From contig JAILIP010000019.1 in assembly GCA_024695235.1 (NCBI GenBank), positions 13,448-77,447 of the forward strand: a DNA stretch of 64,000 nucleotides. Direction: 5' to 3'. The notes under the pieces are model-generated. The model was not told the origin of the DNA, made no database searches, and worked only from the letters and a program-made list of their open reading frames with translations. The number at the start of each line of letters is the position of its first letter. The stretch's first letter is position 1. The DNA is from Bacilli bacterium. GTDB lineage: Bacteria; Bacillota_I; Bacilli_A; RFN20; CAG-826. The translations under genes and the position numbers were made by a program. Shown piece by piece: positions 18,558 to 29,203 of the stretch.

Positions 18558-20578
18558 GTTGGTTTTTTATCCTAATTGGATTTGTTCTTGGCTTATGTTT
18601 CTTTCGAAACAACATTTATGTTAGTATCACGATATCTTCAATATTTTTAGTATTCTCTTTATTCAGACTATTCAGGAAGAAAAAGATATTGATGTCAGTA
18701 CTGGCTATGTTTGCTTTGGGCCTTATTATTCCAAACATACCTATTGCCCATCGAGGGAGTTTTGAGTATTCAGGTATAGTGGTGGAAAGTAAGGAGAATT
18801 ATTTCATATTTCTTTCAGAGTTTAAGAAATACTACGTTTACGAAGAGAAGAATTCTAAAGAAATAGGGGACTATCTCATCATATGTAGTAAGCCTGAAGA
18901 TGTTGTTGTAAATACTTACGAGAGTCAGTTTTCGTTTGACGAATACTTATCAAATAAAGGAGTGAAAGAAAGCCTCTCATCGAAAGACATAACCATTAAA
19001 TGGACAAGTCCATTTAGAATGAAAGCCATTAAAAGCAATTTTCTCAATCATTTTGATGAAGACACTAAAGCTATGATAAGTGCTTTACTCTTCGCAGATA
19101 GAGACTATGAGCATAGCTCCACCAAAATGATGAGCGAACTGAATTTGATATTTCTTTTCTCGGCCAGCGGAATCTATTTTAGTTTCCTATTGAAAGGTTT
19201 AGAGAAGCTATTCAAATTCTTCCTGAAAGATAGACTTGCGGAGATATTCCCTTTAGTGATACTGTCCCCGTATTCTATCTTTCTTTTTAATAAAATAGGG
19301 GTTATGAGAGTTATATTTTTAACTCTGTTAAAATATCTCAACAAACATGTTTTGAAGAAGCGGTTTACTTATCTGACAATTCTCTCTTTTACCGCCTTAA
19401 TGTTTCTAGTTATTGATTATCATCTAATATATCAAAGCGGATATTACATTGGCTTTGGGCTAAGTTTCATCTTGATATTTGTTAGGACATCTTTAAGTTT
19501 TCTTAGGAAAAAGCATCAAGCAATTCTTATTCCTGTATTCATCTATTTATTCATGCTCCCGATTTCTAATTTAAACGCGGGATCTTTTCATATTTTCGGA
19601 TTATTATTTCAAACATTATCAATTCCGTTCAATGAGATATTTATAACGTTTTCATTGATATCATTTTATGTTGGTTATCCTTTTAGGATAATTTTATCAA
19701 ATCTCACGAGAGTTCTATTGCTTGTTTACTCTGAATTCTCAAAGACAGATATTCATATTCCAATAGGTGATTATTTCAAGTATTTGCTTATTCCTTACTA
19801 TGTTTTATACATCTACTCAATTTATTTGCTGGAGTCGAAGAGATTTCCACATCTAGAAATTAATTCTCTTCCGCTTGTTAGCACAGTTCTGATCTCATTA
19901 ATTCCAATAAGGACATATATCCTAAATGCTGTGTATTTCATTAATGTTGGGCAGGGCGATTCTATTCTCATCAAAAACAAGGATAATATCGTCATGATTG
20001 ATACGGGTGGAAACACATCATTTGATATGGCAAAAGAGACACTGATTCCGTTTCTAAATAAGAAACAAATAAATCATATTGATTTATTAATCACCACTCA
20101 TGATGATTTTGATCACTCTGGAGCATCCGCTTCACTTATAGATAATTTCAATGTCAAATCATACCTAAATAGAAGAGATGATTTTCCGGTAAAAGTAGGG
20201 GACATCTATCTTGAAAATCTCAACACTTTTTTGGGAAAAGATAAGAACGATAATTCGCTTGTATTCAATGTCGACTTCATGGGCAAGAAATTCCTTTTTA
20301 TGGGTGATGCAAGTATTGAAACCGAAAAGTACATGATCGCGAATAACATTGATTTAGATTGTGACATCTTAAAAGTTGGTCATCATGGAAGTAATACTTC
20401 CACATGTGAAGAATTCTTAAATAAAGCCACTCCAAAGGAGGCAATTATTTCCTCTGCTAAGAAGAATAAATACGGTCACCCGAACAAAGAAGTAATTGAG
20501 AGATTAAACAAACACAACATCAAAATTAGGCAAACATCTATCGAAGGAACCATTTCCTACGTTCAATTAGCCTCATAA
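18554..20578 (+). CDS. comEC: DNA internalisation competence protein ComEC/Rec2
   Basis: Polytopic membrane core plus C-terminal metallo-beta-lactamase domain (TTHDDFDHSG, KVGHHGS). Overlaps the comEA stop. Confidence 0.9.
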   Translation: MSWFFILIGFVLGLCFFRNNIYVSITISSIFLVFSLFRLFRKKKILMSVLAMFALGLIIPNIPIAHRGSFEYSGIVVESKENYFIFLSEFKKYYVYEEKNSKEIGDYLIICSKPEDVVVNTYESQFSFDEYLSNKGVKESLSSKDITIKWTSPFRMKAIKSNFLNHFDEDTKAMISALLFADRDYEHSSTKMMSELNLIFLFSASGIYFSFLLKGLEKLFKFFLKDRLAEIFPLVILSPYSIFLFNKIGVMRVIFLTLLKYLNKHVLKKRFTYLTILSFTALMFLVIDYHLIYQSGYYIGFGLSFILIFVRTSLSFLRKKHQAILIPVFIYLFMLPISNLNAGSFHIFGLLFQTLSIPFNEIFITFSLISFYVGYPFRIILSNLTRVLLLVYSEFSKTDIHIPIGDYFKYLLIPYYVLYIYSIYLLESKRFPHLEINSLPLVSTVLISLIPIRTYILNAVYFINVGQGDSILIKNKDNIVMIDTGGNTSFDMAKETLIPFLNKKQINHIDLLITTHDDFDHSGASASLIDNFNVKSYLNRRDDFPVKVGDIYLENLNTFLGKDKNDNSLVFNVDFMGKKFLFMGDASIETEKYMIANNIDLDCDILKVGHHGSNTSTCEEFLNKATPKEAIISSAKKNKYGHPNKEVIERLNKHNIKIRQTSIEGTISYVQLAS

Positions 20579-20598
20579 TGTTGTATAATTCAACTAAT

Positions 20599-21549
20599 AT
20601 GAATTACATCCTTTATGGCGAACAATATCCAATGATCAAAAAGAAGCTTAACAAACTTCTTAAAGAAAGACTCGGCGAGCCTGATGATTTTAATGTCGCT
20701 AAATTTGACATGGATAATTCTTCATTGGATGACGCTTTAATGGATGCCTCACTTTTACCACTTGGCTATGATCGAAAAGCAGTGGTCTTTGATAACGTCA
20801 CTTTCCTTGATAAAGGGGCAAAAAAAGATGATGTTCAAAAGATTCTTGAACTTGTTCAAGAACCTGATGAATCAATTGATCTATTCTTCGTTGTTAGAAA
20901 AGGCACAATTGATGATAAATCACCTATCGTTGAGGTCATTAAAAACAATGGCCAAATCCTAAACTTTGTTAATCTCACAAAAGAAGATTGGCCAAGATAC
21001 GCAACAAAATATTTTGCAGATAGAAATATCCAAATTGATAAAGACGCATTATATGAGCTCATTGCTAGAGTAGATGGAGATTTAAATCGCTTCATAAATG
21101 AGGCGGATAAACTTTGTTTATATAAAGACCATTTAAGCATTGTTGACATCGTCTTAATGGTCGCTAAACCAATTGAAGATGATGCTTTCCAAATGAGCAA
21201 CGCTCTCATTGCTGGAGATAATTCCTTGGCTTTGTCAATTTATCGCGATTTAAAACTCGGCGGACAAAAGGCAATTGATCCACTTATTCCAATGCTTGCT
21301 AATCAGTTCAGATTCTTCTCAAAAGTCTTTTTCCTATACGACAAAGGACTCGAAAGAGACGAGATTGCTAGTGAGTTATCCGCTAACCCATTCAGAGTGA
21401 AAATAGCCCTTCAAAATAGAAGACATTTATCTCGTAGAGATATTGCCCATGTTTTGGATGATTTATACTACCTTGATTATCAAATTAAAAGCGGCCAGAT
21501 TGACCGCTTCTATGGTTTTGAATTATTTCTAATTAATTTTCCAAACTAA
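20599..21549 (+). CDS. holA: DNA polymerase III delta subunit
   Basis: Position after comEC. N-terminus MNYILYGEQ typical of HolA. TATAAT at 20584-20589, 9 nt upstream. The track start ATG 20578 is an alternative. Confidence 0.83.
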   Translation: MNYILYGEQYPMIKKKLNKLLKERLGEPDDFNVAKFDMDNSSLDDALMDASLLPLGYDRKAVVFDNVTFLDKGAKKDDVQKILELVQEPDESIDLFFVVRKGTIDDKSPIVEVIKNNGQILNFVNLTKEDWPRYATKYFADRNIQIDKDALYELIARVDGDLNRFINEADKLCLYKDHLSIVDIVLMVAKPIEDDAFQMSNALIAGDNSLALSIYRDLKLGGQKAIDPLIPMLANQFRFFSKVFFLYDKGLERDEIASELSANPFRVKIALQNRRHLSRRDIAHVLDDLYYLDYQIKSGQIDRFYGFELFLINFPN

Positions 21550-21816
21550 TTACTTTGCTAATTCATTAACTAATCTTGTAAGAGAAGATTTTTTACGTGC
21601 AGCAGTGTTTCTTGCGTAAACACCATCTGTAACACTTTTATCGATTAAACGAATGGCAACTTTTAAGGCTGCTTTTGCACCTTCAACGTCTTTCTTTTCA
21701 ACAGCAACTCTAACCTTCTTGCTTTCGGTGGCAATGCGGCTACGAACTGCAACGTTGCGTTGACGTGCTTTTTCGTTTGTTTGGATTCTCTTCATTTGTG
21801 ATTTAATTTGAGCCAT
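21550..21816 (-). CDS. rpsT: 30S ribosomal protein S20
   Basis: MAQIKSQMKRIQTNEKARQRN... Basic 88-aa protein. Confidence 0.95.
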   Translation of the reverse strand: MAQIKSQMKRIQTNEKARQRNVAVRSRIATESKKVRVAVEKKDVEGAKAALKVAIRLIDKSVTDGVYARNTAARKKSSLTRLVNELAK

Positions 21817-21884
21817 TTTCGTACCTCTTATAATTTCAATCGTTCATAAGTTTAGCAAACTTATTAAGTTGCGACAACTTTTAT

Positions 21885-23885
21885 TTAACTTTTTTTGATT
21901 CCTTTCAAAGAAAGTATTTCTTCGGCGAAGTCATTGATGCATACAAGTAATGCATACTTTTCTTCAGGAATTTCAACTTCGAACTCTTTGTTGACTGTAG
22001 TGATAAGTTCAATGTAAGACATTGAATCACCGCCTAAGTCATTGATCCAGTGATCGCCATCTCCAATACGGACATATGGGAGAAGAAGAATCTTAGCAAA
22101 TACTGATCTAAGTTTCTTGACGACTGGTTCGACATCTTCTAGTTTATAACCAGTTAGTGCGGATACTTTCTTGGATTCTCCAACTTTGACGAATGAATCT
22201 GGCGAACCTTCTAAAGTCTCTTTGACTTTAAAGCGTTTAACCTTCATTGAAGCCGTGAGTGGGAGAGTGTGTTTAGAAACAAGGAATGATTGAACGCGTT
22301 TTTCATTAGAAAGTGTTGCGTTAATCTCATCGCATTTCTTTTTGATTTCAAGCATGTCTTCTTCACCGACTTCACTTGAGATTTCAAAGACACATGTGAT
22401 TGCTTCGTGTTGATTCTTTCCTTTTTTGACTCCAACGACACAAACTTTTGTGACGCCTGGAAGTCCTTTGAAGTAATCTTCGATTTCATCTGGATAGATG
22501 TTTTCGCCGTTTTCGTTGATGATGATATCTTTGATTCTACCTTTTAGGTAGTAACGACCTGTTTCATCCACGGATGCGATATCGCCTGTGTGGAGATAAC
22601 CATCACTAAGATCTGGGACACGTTTCTCACCATCGATGATTTCCATACAGTGAGTGATGTTTGATTTAATGAGAAGCTCACCAGTATGTGGTTCTAATTT
22701 GGAAGTGTTGATGAGTTTGTACTCAACTCCGTGGAGTGGACGGCCAATACTTCCTTTAAGTCTGATTTCGACTTCATCGCTAAGTTCAACGGATGTAACA
22801 CCGGCTTCAGTCATACCATAACCATTGTATAAGTGGTAACCAATACCATTAATGGTATTAAGTGTTTCAGCGGATAAGTATCCTCCGCCAGAAATACAGT
22901 AGCGGACTTTTCTTCCTAATAATTGATTTTGAACAATTGTTAGAGCGATGTTTGTTCCGGCTTGACCAGCTTGTTCCATCGAGATCTTGTGAGTGTTATA
23001 AGCAATCATCTTACCGAGCAAATCTGCTTTTCTTGTACCTTCAAGCTCTGCTTTACGAATAACTTGTTGGGCGATTGAATCCCAGAATAGTGGGACACTA
23101 TAGATGTGAGTGACTCCACATTTTTGTGAGACACCAAGAACTTCAGTTGGAGATAAGTCTTTTACAAAGACGATATTCTTTCCGAAGAATGTGTACCAAA
23201 GGAAGACAGCAACGAAACCGAAGATGTGGTGGAATGGAATAATCGCAATGATATTGATTTCACCAGGATACATGATATCGTTTGTTTCGTTTGGCATATC
23301 TAAAGCAGCGGCAATTTGATTACACAAATTGGCACCGTTATAGACCATTAATTTGACATTACCAGTTGTTCCTGAGGAGCAGAACATAACAAAGTTTGCC
23401 CAACGAGCGGCAAAGCGCATGTTAACTTTGGCTTCTTTAAGAGTGTTAACTGATATTGTTTGAATTGAGTAGGTGACAATCTCTTGAGAGATAATAGCAG
23501 CAGCATGTGATTGAGCGAGTAATACTTCAGTATTATCTTTTGGTAATTTAGCGTCAATGAGGAATGGAATGTATCCACTCATGAGGATACCCCAGAAAAT
23601 AAGTGGCCATTCAGGACAATTTTTAACCTTCAATGCGACAACTGAATCTGTTGGAACACCTTTTAGGAGTTCACTAATACGTGATCCATATTCAAAACAC
23701 ATTGAACGATATTGTTTGTACTTGATGGATGTTGGCTTTCCTTTTTCGTTGAGCCAAGTGAGAGCTTTTTCACCTTTATGTAAAGATGTTGACATCATAA
23801 AGATGTCTTGCATCGTTTTTGACGTTTTAAGTAATTCGTCTGCGGCAGCAAAGAATTGTTTGACTTGTTTACTTTCGTAACTCAT
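21885..23885 (-). CDS. Adenylate-forming enzyme fused to a C-terminal acyl/peptidyl carrier domain (stand-alone A-T didomain)
   Basis: SSGTTGNVK, YGMTEAG, YLHTGD...GRIKDIIINENGENIYPDEIE, SMKVKR, then carrier signature LGGDSMSYIEL. Start set to ATG 23885 behind RBS AAGGAG (23891-23896) rather than track TTG 23900. Confidence 0.85.
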   Translation of the reverse strand: MSYESKQVKQFFAAADELLKTSKTMQDIFMMSTSLHKGEKALTWLNEKGKPTSIKYKQYRSMCFEYGSRISELLKGVPTDSVVALKVKNCPEWPLIFWGILMSGYIPFLIDAKLPKDNTEVLLAQSHAAAIISQEIVTYSIQTISVNTLKEAKVNMRFAARWANFVMFCSSGTTGNVKLMVYNGANLCNQIAAALDMPNETNDIMYPGEINIIAIIPFHHIFGFVAVFLWYTFFGKNIVFVKDLSPTEVLGVSQKCGVTHIYSVPLFWDSIAQQVIRKAELEGTRKADLLGKMIAYNTHKISMEQAGQAGTNIALTIVQNQLLGRKVRYCISGGGYLSAETLNTINGIGYHLYNGYGMTEAGVTSVELSDEVEIRLKGSIGRPLHGVEYKLINTSKLEPHTGELLIKSNITHCMEIIDGEKRVPDLSDGYLHTGDIASVDETGRYYLKGRIKDIIINENGENIYPDEIEDYFKGLPGVTKVCVVGVKKGKNQHEAITCVFEISSEVGEEDMLEIKKKCDEINATLSNEKRVQSFLVSKHTLPLTASMKVKRFKVKETLEGSPDSFVKVGESKKVSALTGYKLEDVEPVVKKLRSVFAKILLLPYVRIGDGDHWINDLGGDSMSYIELITTVNKEFEVEIPEEKYALLVCINDFAEEILSLKGIKKS

Positions 23886-23932
23886 ACTTTCTCCTTTCAA
23901 CGACTTTTCTATAATATACTTTTTTCAAATAA

Positions 23933-23961
23933 TTGAAAATATAAACTACAATTCTTATAAT
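23933..23961 (+). promoter_or_regulatory. Sigma-A type promoter of fmt (TTGAAA-17-TATAAT), 7 nt before the ATG
   Basis: TTGAAA at 23933-23938, TATAAT at 23956-23961, ATG at 23969. No SD in between. Confidence 0.5.
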
Positions 23962-23968
23962 CATAGAT

Positions 23969-24901
23969 ATGAAAGATTTTGGTGAGTATCGTCTTATATT
24001 TATGGGAACACCTAGCATTGCCGCTAGAGTGTTTGAGGCACTTATTCAAAAGGGCTATCATTTTGTCGCACTCATCGCCCAAGAAGATAAACCTGTTGGA
24101 CGTAAAGGCATCTTAGAACCAGTTCCTACTAAAGTAGTTGCTCAAAAATATAATATCCCAGTCTATCAACCTCATAAGATCAGGCTAGACTATGAATTCG
24201 TTAAAGAACTCAAACCTGATTTAATTCTCACCATGGCCTATGGCCAAATTGTTCCACAAGGGCTACTTGATATACCTCAATTTGGATGTTTGAACCTCCA
24301 CGGATCATTGCTTCCAAAATATAGAGGAGCCGCTCCAATCCAAAGAGCAATCATTGATGGTGAAGCTAAAACTGGCATCACCCTCATGGAAATGGTGGAC
24401 AAGATGGATGCTGGCAAAATGTTTGCCAAAGAAGAAGTGGTAATTGCTCCTGAAGATAACTACACCTCACTTTGTGAGAAGATGTCCGATGCTGCAATTA
24501 AAGTTTGCATTGATAATCTTCCAGCGTATCTTGATGGTAAGTTACATGGCGAAGAACAAGATGAATCACTCGTAACTATTGCTAACAAAATCAAACCAGA
24601 TGATGAGAAATTAGACTTGTCTAAATCAACTAAAGAATTCATTGATTATATCCGTGGTTTAAGTGAAGAACCTGGTGGTTATATCTTCATAGAAGATAAG
24701 AAGTTCAAAATCTTCAAGGCTCACAAGGTTGACCTCCCTAAAAAAGAAGTTGGATGTATCGAAGTTAACAAGAACATATATTTGCATCTTAAAGACGGAG
24801 TCATTCTCCTTGATAAAGTCCAACTTGAAGGCAAGAAAAAGATGGATTCAAAATCGTTTAGTAACGGCAACAAGATGCTAAATGGTAAAATTGCAAAATA
24901 A
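23969..24901 (+). CDS. fmt: Methionyl-tRNA formyltransferase
   Basis: FMGTP, NLHGSLLPKYRGAAPIQ, C-terminal OB-like domain. Confidence 0.95.
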   Translation: MKDFGEYRLIFMGTPSIAARVFEALIQKGYHFVALIAQEDKPVGRKGILEPVPTKVVAQKYNIPVYQPHKIRLDYEFVKELKPDLILTMAYGQIVPQGLLDIPQFGCLNLHGSLLPKYRGAAPIQRAIIDGEAKTGITLMEMVDKMDAGKMFAKEEVVIAPEDNYTSLCEKMSDAAIKVCIDNLPAYLDGKLHGEEQDESLVTIANKIKPDDEKLDLSKSTKEFIDYIRGLSEEPGGYIFIEDKKFKIFKAHKVDLPKKEVGCIEVNKNIYLHLKDGVILLDKVQLEGKKKMDSKSFSNGNKMLNGKIAK

Positions 24902-24926
24902 AGACTGTTAAAAACAGTCTTTTTTG
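24901..24926 (+). terminator. Intrinsic terminator after fmt
   Basis: Stem AAGACTGTT / AACAGTCTT followed by a T-run. Confidence 0.75.
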
Positions 24927-24939
24927 TTATAATGATAAT

Positions 24940-27273
24940 ATGGAAAAGAAACTAAAGTTATCGGTTCACCAACTAGTTGACTTTCTTTTAAGAGTGGGTG
25001 ACATCGATAATCGCATATACAATTCCACGACCATGCAAGAGGGCAGTCGCATCCATGCAATGTATCAACACATGCAAGGAAGTAACTATCTTTCTGAGTA
25101 CTCATTATTCGAGACTTTCAAGGTTGATGATTTTGAAATTTCTTTAGAGGGTAGGGCAGATGGCATCATCGTTAGAGGAGACGAAGTCACAATTGATGAA
25201 ATCAAATCAACAGTTGCTAAGCTTGACGAGTACTATGAAGAACAAAAAGAATGGCATCTAGGCCAAGCAAAGTGCTATGCACTTATGTATGCTCATGAGA
25301 AGAATCTTGATCATATAAGTATTGATTTAACATATATCAATCAAATTGATGAGACAAAGTTAGTAAAACATTTCTCATATACCACCGAAGAACTTGAAAA
25401 GGATATTGAGAAGCTGCTACATGAATACCTAGATTTCTATCGCTATATCTTTGATAGAACTAAGAAGCGTAATGAGAGTGCTGCTAAGCTAGATTTCCCA
25501 TTTGATGATTTCAGAAAAGGACAAAGGAAACTCGCAAAATATACCTATGGTATAGCTACTAATGGTGGCATCTTAATTTGCGAAGCTCCTACTGGAATTG
25601 GAAAGACAATTTCAACGTTGTATCCGTCAGTGAAAAGCTTTGCTTTAGAGAAGAACGAAAAGATTTTCTATCTAACGGCTAAGAACTCTGCAAAAGAAGC
25701 CGCTTTCCAAGCTATGAATCTTCTTCAAGAAAAAGGACTTGAAGCAACAGACATTCTTATCACTGCCAAAGATAAGATTTGCTATTGTCCAGGCAAAGCC
25801 TGCAATCCGGATGAATGCCCATATGCAAAAGGCTATTACACCAAGATCAGAGAGATACTTGTTGATTCGCTCCACAAATATAAAACTTTCTCCAGAGAAA
25901 CAATTCTTTCAATAGCCTCATTTAATGGCATATGTCCATTTGAATTATCCTTAGACCTATCTTTGTACGTAGATGTCATCATTTGCGACTATAACTACTT
26001 CTTTGATCCGATCGTATATCTTAAAAGATATTTTGATGAAGACGCGATAAATAATGTCGTGCTTGTCGATGAGGCTCATAACCTTGCTGATAGAGGTCGT
26101 AGCATGTATAGCGCATCTATATCTTCCTTTGACTTCCAAAGAGCAAGAAAAGCGGTGAGACATTTAGAACATAAAAAGATTAAGAATGCGATTAAACGCA
26201 TTTCTAAGCTTTTCAATCACTATGAAGAATATGATGAAGGTGATCATCTAATTCCATTTTTAGAGCCGACTCATCTTAGAGGCATTGAAGCCTACCTCTT
26301 AGCGGCTTCTGATGTTAATAAACATCATCATGAGTTTGTCACTGATGAATTCACTGATTTCTATTTTGAACTCAATAAGTTTTTTAAACTTCTTGATTAC
26401 TATGACAACTCATTCTGTTTATATGTCACAAGGAAAGGCGATTACACATCTATCAACCTATTCTGTCTTGACCCTAGTGAACAGCTATATCGAACATTCC
26501 AAAAGGTTCGTAGTAAAGTCATCTTCTCGGCGACATTATCACCTCTAGATTATTATCTAGGTATCATAGGCGGAAGTGACAAAGATCCATTTATTGCTTT
26601 GCCATCACCTTTCAAGAAAGAGAATCTTAAGGTCATGGTCGCTCCAAACATTTCGATCAAGTACAAAAATAGAAATGCAACAATTGAAAAAGTAGCGAGC
26701 TATATCAAGGAATTTGTCTCAGGAAAAGTAGGTAACTACTTTGTCTATGTCCCAAGCTATGAATATTTGACTTCGTTACTACCATATTTAGAGTTTGACG
26801 GTGATGTCAATCTCATCGTTCAGGAAAAAGATATGGACGATAGAAGTAAACAAGACTTTTTGTCTTGCTTTGCTGAAAACCCAGTCAAAACAACCATTGG
26901 TGTTGTTGTTCTTGGCGGAGCATTTGGCGAAGGTGTTGACCTCGTCAGCGATAGGCTTATCGGAGTAGCAGTTATAGGGGTCGGAATTCCTCAAATCTGT
27001 TTTGAAAGAGATAGAATTAGAGAATATTTCTCTAGTGTTGGAAAAGATGGCTATCTATATAGCTATGTTAACCCAGGCATCAATAAAATTATGCAAGCTG
27101 TCGGCAGAGTAATCCGCAGTGAAAACGATAGAGGTGTTGCCTTACTTATTGATGATAGATATCTTACAAAAACATACAGCGATTTATTTGAAAATAAATG
27201 GCCTAACTATGAAGTGGTAACTTCCAAAGAAGAAATCAAAGATATCGTTAATGCATTTTGGAAGAGGAGATAG
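24940..27273 (+). CDS. PD-(D/E)xK nuclease domain fused to an Fe-S XPD/DinG-family DNA helicase
   Basis: N-terminus: GRADGII, DEIKS, QAKCY (RecB/Cas4-type D, ExK, QxxxY). Helicase: APTGIGKT, 4-Cys cluster CYCPGKACNPDECPY, DEAH (VDEAHNL), C-terminal QAVGRVIRS. Confidence 0.88.
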   Translation: MEKKLKLSVHQLVDFLLRVGDIDNRIYNSTTMQEGSRIHAMYQHMQGSNYLSEYSLFETFKVDDFEISLEGRADGIIVRGDEVTIDEIKSTVAKLDEYYEEQKEWHLGQAKCYALMYAHEKNLDHISIDLTYINQIDETKLVKHFSYTTEELEKDIEKLLHEYLDFYRYIFDRTKKRNESAAKLDFPFDDFRKGQRKLAKYTYGIATNGGILICEAPTGIGKTISTLYPSVKSFALEKNEKIFYLTAKNSAKEAAFQAMNLLQEKGLEATDILITAKDKICYCPGKACNPDECPYAKGYYTKIREILVDSLHKYKTFSRETILSIASFNGICPFELSLDLSLYVDVIICDYNYFFDPIVYLKRYFDEDAINNVVLVDEAHNLADRGRSMYSASISSFDFQRARKAVRHLEHKKIKNAIKRISKLFNHYEEYDEGDHLIPFLEPTHLRGIEAYLLAASDVNKHHHEFVTDEFTDFYFELNKFFKLLDYYDNSFCLYVTRKGDYTSINLFCLDPSEQLYRTFQKVRSKVIFSATLSPLDYYLGIIGGSDKDPFIALPSPFKKENLKVMVAPNISIKYKNRNATIEKVASYIKEFVSGKVGNYFVYVPSYEYLTSLLPYLEFDGDVNLIVQEKDMDDRSKQDFLSCFAENPVKTTIGVVVLGGAFGEGVDLVSDRLIGVAVIGVGIPQICFERDRIREYFSSVGKDGYLYSYVNPGINKIMQAVGRVIRSENDRGVALLIDDRYLTKTYSDLFENKWPNYEVVTSKEEIKDIVNAFWKRR

Positions 27274-27307
27274 ACAATAGTTAAATTATTGTTATAATTT
27301 TGAAGAT

Positions 27308-29119
27308 ATGAGTTTCGATCAAAGTCACATTCGTAATTTTTCAATCATTGCGCACATTGACCATGGCAAATCAACCTTGGCTGATCGTATTTTAGAGATG
27401 ACTGAGACAGTCTCTAAAAGAGAAATGAAGGACCAGTTCCTCGATTCGATGGATCTAGAAAGAGAACGTGGCATCACAATCAAACTCAATGCCGTTACCT
27501 TAAAATACCATTCAAAGAATGGTGAAGACTATCTATTCAACTTAATAGACACTCCGGGGCATGTCGACTTTTCTTACGAAGTAAGTAGATCACTTGCCGC
27601 CTGTGAAGGATGCCTTTTAGTCGTAGACGCTACGCAAGGCGTAGAGGCTCAGACGCTCGCAAATGTATACTTGGCTGTCGATAACAACTTAGAAATTCTT
27701 CCAGTTATCAACAAAGTTGATTTACCTTCTTCTATGCCTGATATGGTCAAGCAAGAAATCGAAGAAAGAATTGGCATTCCATGCGATAACGCTAATCTCG
27801 TAAGCGCGAAAACAGGCGAAGGAGTGGCCAAAGTACTTGAATCCATAGTCAAATATATCCCAGCCCCAAAAGGCGACCGTAATGCCCCTTTACAGGCCTT
27901 AATATTTGATTCCTTCTATGATTCGTACCGTGGAGTTATCGTTTTAATTTGTATTAAGAACGGAACAGTTAAAGTAGGGGACACAATCCGCCTTATGGCA
28001 TCTGGCCACGAGTATCTTGTTACCGAAGTTGGCATTAGAACTCCAAAGGAGTTAAAGAAAGATGAATTATATGCTGGTGAAGTTGGATACTTAGCTGCCC
28101 AAATCAAAGACATCAAAGATGTATTCCCTGGCGATACGATTACCTTGCGCGACAACCCATGTGAGCACGCGCTTCCTGGATATCGCAAGATGAACCCAAT
28201 GGTCTTTTGTGGCTTATACCCAGTTGATAGTAAGAAATTCCTCGATTTAAAGGATGCTTTAGAGAAATTGTCTCTAAATGATGCTTCCTTAGTCTTTGAA
28301 GCTGAAACTTCCCAAGCCTTGGGCTTTGGTTTTAGATGTGGTTTCTTGGGATTATTACATATGGACGTAGTCCAAGAAAGACTTGAAAGAGAATACGGAC
28401 TTGATCTTATCTTGACCGCTCCAAGTGTTATATATCATGTTTACCTCACCAAAGGTGATATGATTGAGCTTGACAACCCATCAAAGCTTCCAGATCTCAC
28501 TCTTATCAAAGAGATTCAAGAACCGTACGTCAAAGCTGAGATCATGACTCCGAAGGAGTATGTAGGCCCTGTTATGGAACTTTGCCAAGATAGAAGAGGC
28601 GTTTATATTGACCTCCAATATTTTGATGACACAAGAATGATTCTTACATATGAATTACCGCTCTCTGAAATTGTTTACAATTTCTTTGATAAACTTAAAA
28701 GCTTTACAAAGGGTTATGCATCCTTTGATTATCAATATAGTGGCTATAAGCCAGGCAACCTCGCTAAGATGGATATCATGCTCAATGGCGAAGTTATCGA
28801 TGCTTTATCCACAATTGTTCATAGAACAACTGCCTATCAAAGAGGCAGCATTGTTGTTCGTAAACTAAAAGAGATTATCCCGAGACAACAATTTGAAGTC
28901 CCAGTACAAGCTGCCATAAATGGCAAAGTCATCGCTAGAGCAGATATCAAGGCTGTTAGAAAAGATGTTCTTGCTAAGTGTTATGGTGGTGATATTTCTC
29001 GTAAGAGAAAGTTGCTCGAAAAGCAAAAAGAGGGAAAGAAGAGAATGAAGGCTATTGGATCGGTTGAAGTCCCACAAGATGCCTTTATGAGTGTTCTTTC
29101 CATTGATGAAGACGAATAG
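27308..29119 (+). CDS. lepA: Translation elongation factor 4 (LepA)
   Basis: [22 protein letters not shown], LepA C-terminal domain. Confidence 0.97.
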   Translation: MSFDQSHIRNFSIIAHIDHGKSTLADRILEMTETVSKREMKDQFLDSMDLERERGITIKLNAVTLKYHSKNGEDYLFNLIDTPGHVDFSYEVSRSLAACEGCLLVVDATQGVEAQTLANVYLAVDNNLEILPVINKVDLPSSMPDMVKQEIEERIGIPCDNANLVSAKTGEGVAKVLESIVKYIPAPKGDRNAPLQALIFDSFYDSYRGVIVLICIKNGTVKVGDTIRLMASGHEYLVTEVGIRTPKELKKDELYAGEVGYLAAQIKDIKDVFPGDTITLRDNPCEHALPGYRKMNPMVFCGLYPVDSKKFLDLKDALEKLSLNDASLVFEAETSQALGFGFRCGFLGLLHMDVVQERLEREYGLDLILTAPSVIYHVYLTKGDMIELDNPSKLPDLTLIKEIQEPYVKAEIMTPKEYVGPVMELCQDRRGVYIDLQYFDDTRMILTYELPLSEIVYNFFDKLKSFTKGYASFDYQYSGYKPGNLAKMDIMLNGEVIDALSTIVHRTTAYQRGSIVVRKLKEIIPRQQFEVPVQAAINGKVIARADIKAVRKDVLAKCYGGDISRKRKLLEKQKEGKKRMKAIGSVEVPQDAFMSVLSIDEDE

Positions 29120-29152
29120 TAATAATTTGGTAAAAAATTAGTAATTTTCTTA

Positions 29153-29181
29153 TTGTAATAAGATTTCCTCTTTAGTATAAT
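29153..29181 (+). promoter_or_regulatory. Sigma-A type promoter (TTGTAA-17-TATAAT)
   Basis: TTGTAA at 29153-29158 and TATAAT at 29176-29181. This places track start 29180 inside the -10, so ATG 29204 (RBS GAAGAGG) is used. Confidence 0.5.
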
Positions 29182-29203
29182 GATGCTAGAAGAGGTATTT
29201 TTT

